A stretch of DNA of 64,000 bases from Podarcis erhardii. Lineage: Eukaryota. This document shows positions 19,704-33,400 of the stretch, one piece after another (position 1 is the first letter of the stretch; every line of letters starts with the position of its first letter). Both the position numbers and the translations under genes were made by a program. The notes beneath the pieces were generated by a model. The model had not been told where the DNA came from. It did not search any database and saw only the letters and a program-made list of their open reading frames with translations. The stretch lies in the NCBI GenBank assembly GCA_964252035.1, contig OZ176204.1. One strand, written 5' to 3'.

Positions 19704-20411
19704 GCCAGATTTTCAGTCACCTAGTGAGACAGTTTTGCCCTCTGAAACCAGGAATTGAGCTTACCTGACCCTAATTTCCCATTGCTCTGGGTGCTATTAC
19801 ATTTAACAGAATGAGGCTAGATAACATTCTAGTCAGCTTCTGGCCACTGAATTCTTATTGAATAATCTCTAGTGATTCCCCAGCCCTTGAATACAGCAGG
19901 CCAGAAATCAGTGCTCCCTGAATGTAGTCACTATGCTGAGCAGGCTCTGCCAGCAGATTTTACTCATTGAAGTGGGTAAACATTTCTAGTTGGATGTTTA
20001 GATCTACGATTGAGGTTTTTGTGTGGGTTCAGGAAACAAGCCTAAATATTATGGTTTGAATGGACAGGTGAATCCCAAAATATTGAAAAATTGGGAGCTT
20101 GCCTTGGTACCTGGAAACAGCCACTCTTTTGATGCCACCCTTCTGGGGTATTCCTTACCAGGAATGAAAAGCAGTTGCCCTCTATATAAACACTGAAGGA
20201 ACATGAATATTTCTTCTTGCTGCAGCAACAGGTTGTAGCTGCTATAGTATTGCACTGTGTTTAGCATTGAGATGTGCAGTGGGACTAGAATGTGCATTCT
20301 TCTAGAGCTGAAGACGAGAGAGAGAAAGAGAAAGAGAAAGAGAGAAACTTTCATTTCACATTGCTGTGTTTTGTGTTATGAAGGCTGCATAGATACCAAC
20401 CTCTCTAACCT

Positions 20412-20636
20412 AGGGCTTATCCACACTTCCATTGTCCTGCTGCTTTTTCTAGAGAAAACTGCTCTTTAGTGCTCAATCAGAGCAAATGGCAATTTGGGTT
20501 TTCCCCGGATTGCTATTTGTTCTGATTTGTTGCTAAAGAGCGAGTTTTCCCTTGCAAAGGAGTGGGTCAAGCAGAAACTTCCTCAAAAGTCATACTTTCT
20601 AGGCACTGCACAAGTAGAAGTGTGGATGATCCCCCT
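20412..20636. mobile_element. Palindromic MITE, PIF/Harbinger-like
   Basis: TIR agggcttatccacactt / aagtgtggatgatcccc; internal inverted blocks gaaaactgctctttag / ctaaagagcgagttttc; CTAG at both ends. Confidence 0.6.
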
Positions 20637-21278
20637 AGTGCTAAAGGGCTATTTAAGTTATGAAAAGAATCCTACTGGAAATGGCAGTGGTGATGGTGGG
20701 GGATTTGAACCAGGAATTGTTACTGCTACTATCTGCCCTGGTCGCCAAAAGGAGGAAATCAATCATAGCTGTCATCTCCTCACGTAGCTCTTGCAACAAC
20801 AGATCCTGGTTGTAGCTGTTGCTGCTGGTTTACCCTGAATGGAGAAATACTCTAACGATGGGGCAGGTGATGTCAAGAGAGCCAGCATAGCAATCATTTC
20901 CCATCAGCAAATGGTAGACAACTGCATGCTGGTTCTCTTGTCATTGCCTGCCCAGCTGGCTTGCATCTTGATCAAGCCAACAGCAAGGATCTGACAGGCA
21001 ATGGTTTTCTTTCCCATAAGAACAGGTGGTGGGGAGAATTCTGGCTTTCCAGGCACTTCTCTTCTGCTGCTCTTTGTCTTGCCTACAAGGCATTCTGAAT
21101 ACCCTGATCTTCCTTGTCAGGATGCATGGCAGGGGTTGCTCTTACAGTGAGTTTCCCCCTGCAGGGAAGGACAGGTACCACATGGACCCATTGCTATAAC
21201 TGCTTACCTTGTCTGTGAGAAGGAGGCACCTATATGCAAGAATATCATGGGGGATTTTGTCATTTTTTATATATATAG

Positions 21279-21980
21279 AAAGTTACAAGCCTGGTGAATC
21301 AAGGGGATGCTGTGGATGTCATGTAGCTTGATTTCACTAAGACTTTCGATAAAGTCTCCCATGAGATTCCTATGGAGAAGCTGGTAAAATGTGGGCTGGA
21401 CAAGGTTATTGTTAGATGGATTTGTAGCTCCCAAACCCAAAGAGTGTTCAGTAATGGTTCCTCATCATCCTGGGAAAAAGTGACAAGTCAGGTGCCACAG
21501 AGTTCTGTCCTGGCCCCATTGCTGTTCAACATCTTTATAAATGAATTTCATGAAGGAATTGAGAGGGTGACAGTCAAATTTGCAGATGACACTAAACTTG
21601 GAGAGGTACCTAATGCTGCAAAATACAAAACTGGGATTCAAGATGACCTTAACAGATTGGAGAATTGGCCCAAACTAACAAAATTTCAATAGGGAGTTGG
21701 GCTAGATGACGTTAAGAATCCCTTCCAACTCTATAATCCTATGAAATGTAAGGTTCTGCACTTAGGCAGGAATGGGGGACACCTGGCTTGCCAGTAGTAG
21801 TTGTGAAAATGATCTAGGGGTCTTAGTAGATCACAAGCTTAACATGAGTCAACAGGGTTTTGACAAGCTAGAACATGTGCAGAAGAAGAACTGTTGAGGG
21901 AGTTGAGTACGTTTAGCCTGGAAAAGAGGAGAATGAGAGGAAATATGGTAGCCATTTTCACATACCTAAAGGTCTGCCAC
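21279..21980 (+). mobile_element. CR1 LINE ORF2 (reverse transcriptase) fragment, decayed, containing an embedded CR1 3' terminus at 21692-21744
   Basis: Recognisable DF.K.FDKV.H, VPQ.SVL.PLLFNIFIN, KFADDTKL, CKVLHLGR and DLGVLVD.KLNMSQQ blocks, with stops, frameshifts and deletions. Confidence 0.9.
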
Positions 21981-24849
21981 CTTGACCTGTGCAGCATATT
22001 ATGCAGTTGCCACTGCAGGCACTGTGTTTTATAGCATGGAGAGTGAGGGGAAGGATGAAGGTTATGCCTTCTCACTTATATAAGCAAGTTAGCACATTAA
22101 GCTACCATAGTCCATCTCTGTGCTAAACACTGTGTTGCACGGTGCTCTCTTTTCTAGCATGAAAGAGCCAGTACTTTTGTTACAAAGGAGGGAACTGGAG
22201 AAGGGGGTGGGGCAAGGACAGAAGAGTGGCAAGGCAAGCAGAGTTCAGATCCTCACTCCTTTTGGTTAGCACCTTCAGATCTTATCTGGGGTCCCTGGAT
22301 TGCTGCAGCCTTGATAGGTATTATAAAATAGTAATTTAGTCAGGATGGATTGTATACCCCATAGTGCTAAGGTGAATATTCTGTTGGTGCAAGAACATCT
22401 TGCACAGTAGAACATTCTCCCCCTGTGTAACGCTGAATCTGTTATGGGGGTTCACCCAACCCTCTGGAGCAGATTTGGAGGGGAATCACAGGGGGAGGAG
22501 AGGGGTGGGGTCCCACTACACTAATGCAACTATTTAGCTGAATACTGTCCTATATTATTTTGTTTGGGGGCAGGAGAAGGGACCAATACATATATATTCA
22601 AAGCCCCAGGTGTGACACATAGGTAGGCTGGTTATATTATCAGAGACAATTGTTAGCACCAGAAGCAAATGCCCACATGCAGTTCCTCAGTTTTGTGCAT
22701 GGGAAGCTAGTAGGTCTAATCCTACAGGAATAGGAACGATTTTACTCAACTCAGGGAGACAGGCACCATTGTATTTCCTTAGACTGACTACCCTCAAATA
22801 GGGTACTAATATTTGTTTCCTGTAAAAAGAGTTCAGAGAATTTAGAGAAAATAAGAATCTTGCCTGGTATCCTCTTTCCCAGTAGATGGTGCCTAATGCT
22901 TTTAGGGGATTTGTCACATCTGTAGGAACAAATGCTTTATTTTTTAACTGGTTAGCCTTTTCCTTTATTTTCCTGGCACGTAAGCTGATTTCGTATCAGC
23001 TCCCTGAACTGTCTTTTGTTTGTATCCATGAAAAGAAGACCCCAAGGACCTTTGTAACTGTCATAGGAAAACATCAGACCTGCTGTGAAGAATGTCTTGC
23101 TGGCCCTGATTGATGGGGAAACACTGATAAAATGAAACTTGCTGGATTGGGGAGGACAGCCAGGCACAAATATAGGGGGGGGGGATGTCTGACTGGAAAT
23201 GTTATGTGTTATGCTATATTATGTGTATTTCTTGAAAGCTTTTGAGTTTCAGAACCATTGTGGAAGGAATTCAAAGAAGACAATTAAGTAGGGCCTAGGA
23301 TAGACTCACGTCTATTTCAACTTATTTTGCTGCACAGATACAGCCAGTCCAGCTGATAATAGGGATAAGAAGACAAGATCAAGGGTTGGTTTCACGATTC
23401 TGTGGCTTTTTATAAATGTGAAATCACAAGCTATTTGCTGACCTATCAAAATGTTAATCTGGTATGCTGCTGTCTGTAGCCTTGTTCTGTGGAGCCAAGG
23501 TGGGTAACACTGTAAAACAGATATTAACTTAAAGTCTAAAATACATTAAAATGTATTAAGTTAAAAGTAAGCCTGTATCAATGCCAGCCTGATTTATTTA
23601 TTTTTTAAGTCTTGCTATGACACAGCATTTTTCGCTAGTCACAGAAGTGTAGATTTTACATTGTGAAAGCTTCAGCCAGCCAGTGTATCTGTACTTAATT
23701 TTATCATACTTTAGGGCTAATTTGAAGATTCTATTCTCATACACCCTCATGCTTCCTGCACTGAATATCTCAATTCTCTCTGTTTTGGGGCATTTGAAGA
23801 GAAGTAGCCAAAGAGCTGTCGTCAGGATATTTGTGAGCGTCTCTGCCTAGTCATTCTGCTGTCTGGGGGAAAGCCAATCAGTCTGAAATCCCTCAAGACT
23901 TACCTCTTTTCCTGCTTTAGCATGAGTGCTTCCAGTTATTAGCTTTGACCACAGGTCTAGAGACCTGGAGTTCAGTCTTATAACACCTTGCATGACTTGC
24001 CCAGATTGAAAGGATGGCAGTTTCCCTTCTGTCAAAAGGCTGAATTCCTCTTTCTGACTGGGACCACAGTCAAGATAAAGGCTGTATTTACCCACTCATT
24101 ACTTTTGTGCAGCTGTTCTGAGCATTGCATTTATTGCTCCAGCTGAGTTATTGTGCACCAGAACTTTGTAATCATAGTCCATTATTCCAACCTGATCACC
24201 AATAGGGCCAGAGGTCTGGCATTCTGGCCACCAGCGGCTTGTGTATGTTTGTGTGCTCTATCTGTAAAATATTTTATGTCACAGGCCATCCATGACTGTG
24301 CATCAGAAAATACATCTGCCCCCTTGGCTAGTGTCTGGAAGATAAGAGTAGCCCACAAGAAGGTGGAGGATGGCTGTCATTGATAATGTATGAAATTGAA
24401 GAGGAGAGAATTTTCCAGCATCAATCTACTAGACTTCAAAAATGTGTTTGTTTGTAGAATTCACAGAGACTTCTATTATTAAGCTTCATGTAATGGTGTA
24501 TATTCAGCTCATATGCAAAAATTCAAAAGAAGTGGGCTCCATAGTTACCTGCAATTCTATGCTTTTCCTTTGTATTTTTTTTTAATAACAGGGTGAAAGA
24601 TTTCTAGGAGGATGGAAATACACATACTAAGCCACACAGCTTATTTGCTCTACTTGAGGCATTTGTTTATTTTATTTATTTGCCTGTCCTTCACCTGCAG
24701 GTCCCAGGATGACCAGAATTTAAAATTCAGTATTAAAAACAGTCAAAACAAATTGCAGTTGAAGGGCTAGGACGGGTCCTGAAAACACCTCAGGTATGAA
24801 AGGCCAGAGTAAAGAGGTGCATCTTCAACATTTGTTGAAACCTGTATAG

Positions 24850-25177
24850 CGGGGGTCAGCAACTTTTTTCAGCAGTGGGCCAGTCCACCGTCCCTCAGAC
24901 CATGTGGTGGGCCAGACTATATTTTTTTTTTGGGGGGGGGGGATGAATGTATTCCTATACCCGACAAATAACCCAGAGATGTATTTTAAATAAAAGCACT
25001 CATTCTACTCATGTAAAAACACCAGACAGGCCCCACTAATAACCCAGAGATGCATTTTAAATAAAAGGACACATTCCTCTCATGTAAAAGCACGCTGATT
25101 CCTGGACCATCCGTGGGCCGGATTGAGAAGGTGATTGGGCCATATCCGGCCCACGGGCCTTAGGTTGCCTACCCCTG
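24850..25177. mobile_element. hAT MITE, 328 bp, inserted in an L2-like fragment
   Basis: TIR c(a/g)ggggtcagcaac / gttgcctacccctg; perfect 8-bp TSD ctgtatag; internal ~60-bp direct repeat. Confidence 0.9.
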
Positions 25178-25237
25178 CTGTATAGTGAAGCTGTCAGGCG
25201 CATCCCTGTACTCAGCTGGTTGACTGACAACCTATGT

Positions 25238-25373
25238 CAGGCTTCTTCAACCTTGGCCCTCCAGATGTTTTTGGCCTACAACTCCCATGATCCCTAGCTA
25301 GCAGGACTAGTGTTCAGGGATGATGGGAATTGTAGTCTCAAATCATCTGTAGGGCTGAGGTTGAGGAAGCCTG
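25238..25373. mobile_element. Short palindromic hAT MITE, 136 bp (actacaactccc family)
   Basis: TIR caggcttcttcaacct / aggttgaggaagcctg; perfect 8-bp TSD acctatgt. Related copies at ~44565-44670 and ~45480-45611. Confidence 0.9.
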
Positions 25374-26724
25374 ACCTATGTTTTACATGCAGAAGTTTAC
25401 AGGGTCAAGCTTTGGCATCTCGTAACTACAAGAATTTGGGGTACCAGCCTAGGGATGACATGGCCTAAGACCCTGGATTGCTGACAAAGGCAGCTCCATG
25501 TGTTCATGTATGATCTAGCAGGTGTGGCATAGAATGCACTTTGTCATATAAGATACTGGAAGGGGTAGGTGCATAATGAATGGGGATTTGGGTTTGAAGC
25601 CTGTCTTAGCTCAAGTAAAAGTGAACTGATCTGCATTGCAGGCACAGCTGTAGAGTGAATGGAGATAAAATTATTCTCCTTGGGAGATTGTGTACCCTCA
25701 CAACAAGTGCTGATGCAATGATCCAAATGGGAAGACCCTGGGAAAAGTTGTTTGTGTTCTGGCGGCAGAAAAATATTCTATGTGATCATTTGTTCATGTG
25801 ATTTCCACAGATTTATTATGAAACAATTATAGGAAACCATAGGGAAGATCTGATTGGAAGATTGATTATGGAACATTTATAGTTGCTTTAAATATTTTGG
25901 ATTGGGAACAAAATGTGTTAAATAGAGAAAGATACCGGTAACTGGTGATTGTATATTATCTGTTTTAGTTCAATATAAAGAAAATGGAGAAAAATAATAA
26001 GGCAGCTTTGACATCTTGCCTCTGTAGAAACCCTCTTTATTAATTCACAATATTTGCCCTCTTTGGTAATATTAGAACACTAATTTCTTTGACGGTGGAG
26101 GATTGTTGCAATCCCAATGTGGCAGAAGTCTGTAGAACCGAATTATTTAGTGTTGTATCATCATCAGTATTTAACCTATCTCTCTTGAATTTCTGTTATT
26201 TGAACAGAAATACAGAAATCAGCCACACCATACTAGAGACATGTACATCACAATTATAGGGGAAATATTAGCTTTCCTGTTTACAGCTGTGGTTTTTACA
26301 AATTTGAATCTAACTCATAAACCATCTCGCAGCATATTTTCTGTGTTTTATCAGTCAATGCAGGAAAATACAGTAGGAACTGAAACACACGCTAATTGCA
26401 TCATAGAGCTGTTGCTCCTGAAAGCCTGGCTCGTATTTTTCAAACGAACACCAAGCTTACTTTCTATTTTATCACACCACTCTTTATAACAATTCAGGTT
26501 CAGTGCCACAAGTGGAAGAAGAGTTAATAACATCCCTGATTCTGCCAGGAGCTTTTAGCTGTTCTCATGTGCCCCTTCTTAAAAAAAACACACCCTGCAG
26601 TACATATGCTTTCTACAGTACCTTACCCGGTAACCAGAGACACATAGCACCTGGCTGGTACATAAAACAAGAGACTCTGCGAAAGTAGGTCCTTCCAGTG
26701 AAGACAACAGCAAGGCTCCCAGAG

Positions 26725-27018
26725 ATGGGAGACCAAAGGGCTATTTTAGCTGCCAAGGAAGGAGACTTGCCTATGCTGGAGCAGCTGCACATTGATGGTA
26801 CTCTCGACCAGAACATCACTGACTGCTCGGGAGCAGGCCTGGTGCATCATGCGTCACGAGCAGGCAGGCTGGAGTGCCTCAAGTTCCTGGTACTGCAAGC
26901 AAAGCTTCCCGGGAATCAGAGAGCAAACAATGGGGCAACCCCAGCACATGATGCAGCAGCCATGGGCAACTTGGCTGAGCTGAAGTGGCTGATCAAAGAT
27001 GGAGGCTACAGCATGCAG
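26725..27018 (+). CDS. ESPNL: ESPNL coding exon 1 (ankyrin repeats)
   Basis: ATG at 26725; CAG|gtaagg; 294 bp. Confidence 0.93.
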
Positions 27019-27392
27019 GTAAGGGGCCTGACAAACGGGGATCTAAACAGCGGGAGCAAGTTAGAACGCTGGTTGCAGCTAGACATTCAATAAGTTTTCC
27101 TTTCGGGCTCATTTAATTAAGGTAAGTTAGTAATGGCCATTAACGACAATAGGTCTACTCTGAGTAGGAGCAGCATTGAATACTACCCAGTGTTTTGACT
27201 GGGGTGGCAGAGAGTGCAGGCACCCCTTGTCTACAAACAACCCTTGCTGGACTACCAACAGCATTTAACTTTTCTTGTCCAAGGGAGACTGGTGTTTAGC
27301 AAGTCCTTTGTGGTGGGTGTTGTGTTTAAAGTGGGCTTGTTCATTGCCAAAAGTCTGAAGTGAGTTCAGTATATGCTCTCCATGGAGACACA

Positions 27393-27430
<38 letters not shown>

Positions 27431-30400
27431 GGCTTACAGCATATAATGATACATAATAAAACATCAAAAATTCAAAACTTCCCGATACATGGCAGCAATT
27501 GTATCTCCCGCAGGATATTTGTCACTGAGTGCTGGATCACGAAGTGTTAATGGGAAAGGGCAAATTTTGACCCCATGGCAATGTCCCCCAAGTGCAGCTC
27601 TTTCCCTACTCCCACATGGAGAAAGCAAGCAAGTGTGCTGGGGACATCATTGGGGTGGAGCATTAACTTGCTCCCTGCCCCTCTTGCCCCAGCTATTTAA
27701 AATCAAGCTCCTTGTCTGTATAGCCGACTGAGTTATGGTTTTCTCTAACATTGGATTTTGGGGAATTGGCTTTTTGATTAACATGGTGCCACTTCAAGCT
27801 GCAGCATATGCTAGCAAAGGATGCAAATGAAAGTATAACACTGCAATAACGGTTAGAAAAGCTGGTGCTTGTCTTTCTAATAATAATTACTGCTTCCAGA
27901 TGTCACTACGTAGGACCACTGTATTAAAATCCCATTCACTCATCCAAAGAATGCATGGAGGGGATCAGCAGGGCTGTGCCTGAGGGCTGCCTACACTCAT
28001 TCAGGTGAAGGCATGCCATCAGTGCCACATCCTGTGGACATGGCCCCTCTCCCTCTTCTACTTGTTTAATGAACATGTGGACATAAATGAGTGAAAATAG
28101 AGGCAACGACCAATTCATGTGCATCCGATTGCACATGCATGCATGGTGCCAAACCCGGAAGTGACCCAAAAACATACCTGGAAGGGGTGGAACGCTTTAC
28201 ACAGGCCCCGCCAATGCGCATGGGGGTCCAGAACGTAACCCCTGCACAAAGTGAGCATTGCCTGTAGCTTAAAATCATTCTGGGTTCCTGGATCTTTTGA
28301 TAGGCCAGCTGAGGCAGTTTTTGTTGGGATATCCTGATTACCTTCAGGATGAGGACATACAACACAAGTACGTACGTATAAAGACATAGCCTGATTTAGC
28401 TGCTTTACTTATTTATCAAGATTTCTATCCCACTTTTCCTCCCAGGGGCTCAAAGCGGCAGCATACATGGTTTCCCCTATTTTATCCTCACAACAACCCT
28501 GCGATGTTATTTAGGTCTGAGGTCACCCAGTGTGTTTCTTGACTAAGTGGGGATTTGAACCCTGGTCTCCCAGACCACAGACCAACACTCTAACCACTAT
28601 GCTACATTGGCTCTTTAATGGTTCTGGCTAGAGGCAGGCTCACAAAAAGGCAATCATCTCATTACTTGTTCTCTAGTGAGACGCTGGGTTGAGAATAGAT
28701 GGCTGAAGTCATGTTTCCTTTTGCCCCACCTATGGTTTTTTTTAAAAAAAAACAAAAGACATGCATTTGTACAGAACTATACTGGCCTTCTTCCATACAA
28801 ACGATTTACATTGTTTCCAGGCCATATTCACACTAACACTTCCATTTTCCAAATCCTCAGTATACTTTCACTTCTGTTGTATTCTAACGAAATGGCTGAT
28901 CATGAGTGCAGCAGCTTGCTAACGGAGAAACGTAAGAAGTTGCCCAAACTGAAACAGACTGGGAGTGATTCTTTCAGGCCAGAGGTCTTTCTCAACTCTT
29001 CCCAGAGATGACAGGGATTGAACCTGGGACCTTTTGCATGTAAATCCTATAAAGATGCAGGATCTCATCATCCTCCAAGTCCAACACACGGTGCATGGTC
29101 TCTGGGTCATGACGCACTATTGTTACTTAATACATTTATATAGTCCATCAATAAATATTCCACCGCATTAAGTTTGGTAAATGGGTATGTGGGCCTGTTT
29201 CAACATCCCCCAGAAGAGGCTGTTTCAGGTGGTCTCTGGGTCACAATTACAAAGCAGTCATGAGATGGATGTTAAGGAGTGAGAGTGGGTGGGGAAGAGT
29301 TAACCACTGCTCCTGAACTGTTTCTTCTCCTCTCCATAGGAGCAAGATGCTTCAGGGGCTTCTCCCCTCCACTTAGCTGCTCGCTTTGGACATCCAGAGG
29401 CCATTGAGTGGCTGGTCCAGGCAGGCTTTGACACTGCGATGAAGACAAGGGAAGGTGCCGTGCCAGCTCATTATGCCGCAGCTAAGGGTGATCTCACTTG
29501 CCTCAAACTGCTGGTTGCTGCAGACCACAGGTAGGTAAAAGCACAGCATACTGATATTCAGTATAATGCTATTGCAAGGCACTGTTTCCTCACTTGGAGC
29601 TGTCACTCAGGCCTGCACTATGCACATGCAATGCATGGGGACATTATTTTCTGTGTTTGCCCCAGTGCAGTTCTACATTTACCACCTCCTTCTGCCGCAT
29701 GCAGTGATGTTCTCAAGTCAGAACTTGGAGGCAAAAGTCTAGGGTCCCACTCAGAGGAGGGCTCCCCAGCACAGCAGGGCTGGATAACCACATTTTGAAG
29801 TAATACCACACATAGTCATCTAAGGAACAAATGCACGCCAGTACAATCATTTACCAGAGTTGCTGTGCCTGCCTGTGTGGTTTAGAGAACACATACTGTT
29901 GATACAAAAATTATTCAGTGAAATGAAATCAGTGTAGCTGACCATGACGGCAGCACACCCCTCCTGGGCCATTCATGTGGCCAGGGCTGATGGGAGGTAT
30001 AGTCCAGCAACCTCTGGGAAGGGCACAAAACTGATGGATTGCATGAAGAAAGTGCTCTGGGAGCTGAGTGTGTTTTTGCACGACTTCTACAATTGCAACT
30101 GTGTTTTCTGGTGCTGTTATTGTGCTGTGATCATGGAAGATGCTGTGACCAGGGGAAATGCTTTCCTGGGCAGAGCATACTGGTGTACTTGCTCTTTGTG
30201 CTGGACTTTCTTCCTGCAACAGTACACTGGGACAGCTTGTATGGAGGAAAAAGCAGCTCACAGCAACCATTTTCAGAGTTCTGAGAGTACATAGCTAAGT
30301 TAGCCTAGCAGCGTAGAGTTTTCCTTAGTGTTTTGTTTCCATACCACAGCATTTCCCAGATGCTCTGTGTTTGTTTGTTGACAGGACAGAAGGCAGGCGC

Positions 30401-33400
30401 TTAAGATCTTTGCTGAAGCGGATTGTGTTTCCAAAGGCAGACGCCTCATAACCATCTGCCTGAGTGCTTTTAATCTCTTCCCTCATCTACTACAGCCCAA
30501 CATCTTTTCCTCCTTCTCTCCCTCCATATATATATTTTTTCTCATTCATTCTGCAAAGCCATGCAGAAGCTGTACAGTGCAAGAATGACAGATATGAAAG
30601 ATCAGCAATGCAAGTTGTGGGAACATAGGGAGCTGTTATAAGGTGGTCCTTGTGACAGATTTTTACATGGCATCTGTGTGTGCAAATTTAATATACTTAG
30701 ATACAAATCTAAACATAATTACTACAACGTACATAGATACACAATGCATCTCACTGTAGTGGGGAAGACGATGCTTTGTATGGAGACATGTCCCTGTGAG
30801 TCTGCTGTCCAGACGCTAGCAGCTGATGGGAAGCATCAAGTCCCCTTCTCCTACTCTCTCTTCTTATGGTTCTTTATCTTGGACCAGGGAATCTTCTCTC
30901 CTTGGTCAAGGACACATGGCCACCCTAGTCTTATATCAGGTCAGACTATTTGTCCATTTGGCCCAGTACTGTCTATTCTGACTACTCTCTAGGATCTCAG
31001 GCAAGAGAGGTATTTCCCATCACTTGCTTCTACCTGAGCAACTTCACTAGAGATTCCAGAGTTTGACATGGGGACCTTATGCACTCAAGCAGGTGCCTTC
31101 TTCTCTTGCCTAAAGCATCCAGAATTCAAAGAAGTCTATCTGGGAGCTCTTTTCATTCCCTTCTTTCAGTGGGATGTGACCCCACTCAGAGAAACAGGTT
31201 CCGTCTGAGGGGCATCTGGTTCTTTGTGTTTATCTACCACCTTTCCACAGTGAGCTGTGCCCAGTGCGGCCTACAGCAAACACCCACTTATTATCATATA
31301 CAAAACATTGGTTGGTGAAGGTTGGGGGAGAAAACCGTTAACAAAATGTATCACTAAATTCAAAGAAGAGAAAGATCAACAATTCAGCAAACATAAAGTA
31401 AATTCAGTATCACAAAAGAAACTATCTAGACTTAAATGCTTAAGTACAAAGCAATGTGTTCTTGTTATGATTGAGGCTGTTGCTGCCCAGTCAATGTCTT
31501 TCTGATGTGCTTATCGTTTGGGTGGATTTTCCAATATATCTCTGATAGATATTCCCAAAGGGTCAGATTCCTAGTTTCCAGAAGGCTGTTGCCCCCTAGA
31601 GCCCTCGTGTGTTGTTACAATTCCCTCAAGCTCATCTTTCACACAGAGCCCCCAAAGGCTTGTTATCTGTTAGTATCACTAGACTCCCTCAGCTGTTTAC
31701 TCTGCTTCCTCTTGGGGAAACATGAGGAGCAAAAATGCTGGGAAAGACAGAGCTAAGGGAGAGGAAAATGTAGAGCAACTCATCAAAGCACAGTTGAGGC
31801 AGGCTGTGGAGTGCACTAAAGCCATTGGGGTCAATATTTAAGATTGGCTTGTTTGCCCCAAAGGCTGAATACATTGTGAGAAACCTTTTTATACTCACTG
31901 TTAGGGATGGAGGAGAAATTAGATAGGCTAGTGTGTGTGTTAAAATGCATGTGTTAGTAAACATGACATACACAAATGCATGCTATTAGAGGAAATTGCT
32001 TTGCAAGAATGTGTAGATAGGCAAAATAGCATATAAAGATGTGTAGAAAAGGAGAAATGTGCCCTTGAATGCTGATGAATTTCCACGATGACTTTAACGA
32101 AAAATAAATTCGCAAACTAGTGTGAAATTTTTCAAGAAATGAATTTAAAATTGAAGTGGGGAGGGGAGGAGAAACTAAGAGAAACTGAAATTGACAAGAG
32201 TCACCTATCTCTACTCTCTCTGTGTGTCTTTTCCCTTTTACAGTAGCAATATATAAGGCTAGGCCCTTAATTAGGCAGAGGGAGGCAACTACCTTAGGCA
32301 GTTTATTATAGGCACCATGAAAGAGCAATAGTTTATTACTTATTTATTATTCTAGTATTTTTTTATTGCTAGGGAGGGGAGAGAGGCTTGTGGGATTTTC
32401 TACCTCAGGTGCAAGAATAACATGACAGGCCATGCACCTTGGTTTGTTGGTGGGGCATAGTTGATATTTGCTGCTGTGCCTCAGGCAGCAAAACGTCTTG
32501 GGCTGGCCCTGGTACTATGAAATATTGGCTACAGGAGACAGGTCAGAGGGAGGGAAGCTCACTGAGAGGTGATAGGAAGGCTGGCCTAGGCCATTATCAC
32601 ATGAACTCTAAGCATTTACCACCTTATTGTTGTTGCTGTGGTGGAGAAAGTGGTGAGGAAGCATTTATAATGAAGCATTCTGGCCAAGAGCAATTGTCCT
32701 TTGCATTAACAGCTATTGAAGTAAGAGCCACTTTGAAATCCTGGGTGCAAAAATGCCTTAAGAGTCAACAGCACACCTCTAGTCCAAAGAAGCTTTTTTA
32801 ATGAATGCAGCCAGCAATCCTATATCCCCCAGACCTTATTCAGGAAGCAAGAGGAGAGTGATATAAAATAAACATGGTTGCCCTCTGCTGGTAATGGCAG
32901 TGACTGAAGTCCACTATAAAACCCCTAATGTGAACTGCTTCCAATCTGTTTCCTTCACTTCTTGCTTTTAAAGGGTTAAAATGTTTTAGTAAAAAAAAAA
33001 AAGTTTATCTACATGAATCTGAAAACTGTTATTTAGTTATTACAATTTATTCCACTTTTTTTCAAGAAGCTCAGGGCAGCAGACGTGGTTCTCTCCTCTC
33101 TTCCCCAGACAACCTAATTTTATTTTCACAATAAACTTGTAGGTAGGTTTGGTTTAGAAGGAATGACGGGCCCAAAGTCACCTGGTGAGTTTCATGATAG
33201 AGTGGAGATACGAACCTGGGTCTCCCTTTTCCAACATTAGCTGTTGCACTGCTCTAGTTCTTTATACACACGAGCGTTTTCACATTTAATTCAATATGCA
33301 TTTTTTGTGTGCGCCATTTCCCCCGAGATACTAAGTCCTCTTGATTAATCATAGGATTCCAATTCAACAACAATTTTGCATTTTTTTGTCCCAAACCTCT

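Noticed and set aside
21372-21692. 106-aa ORF with RT motifs as a functional gene
   Set aside because: Decayed CR1 ORF2 fragment with frameshifts and a nested insertion
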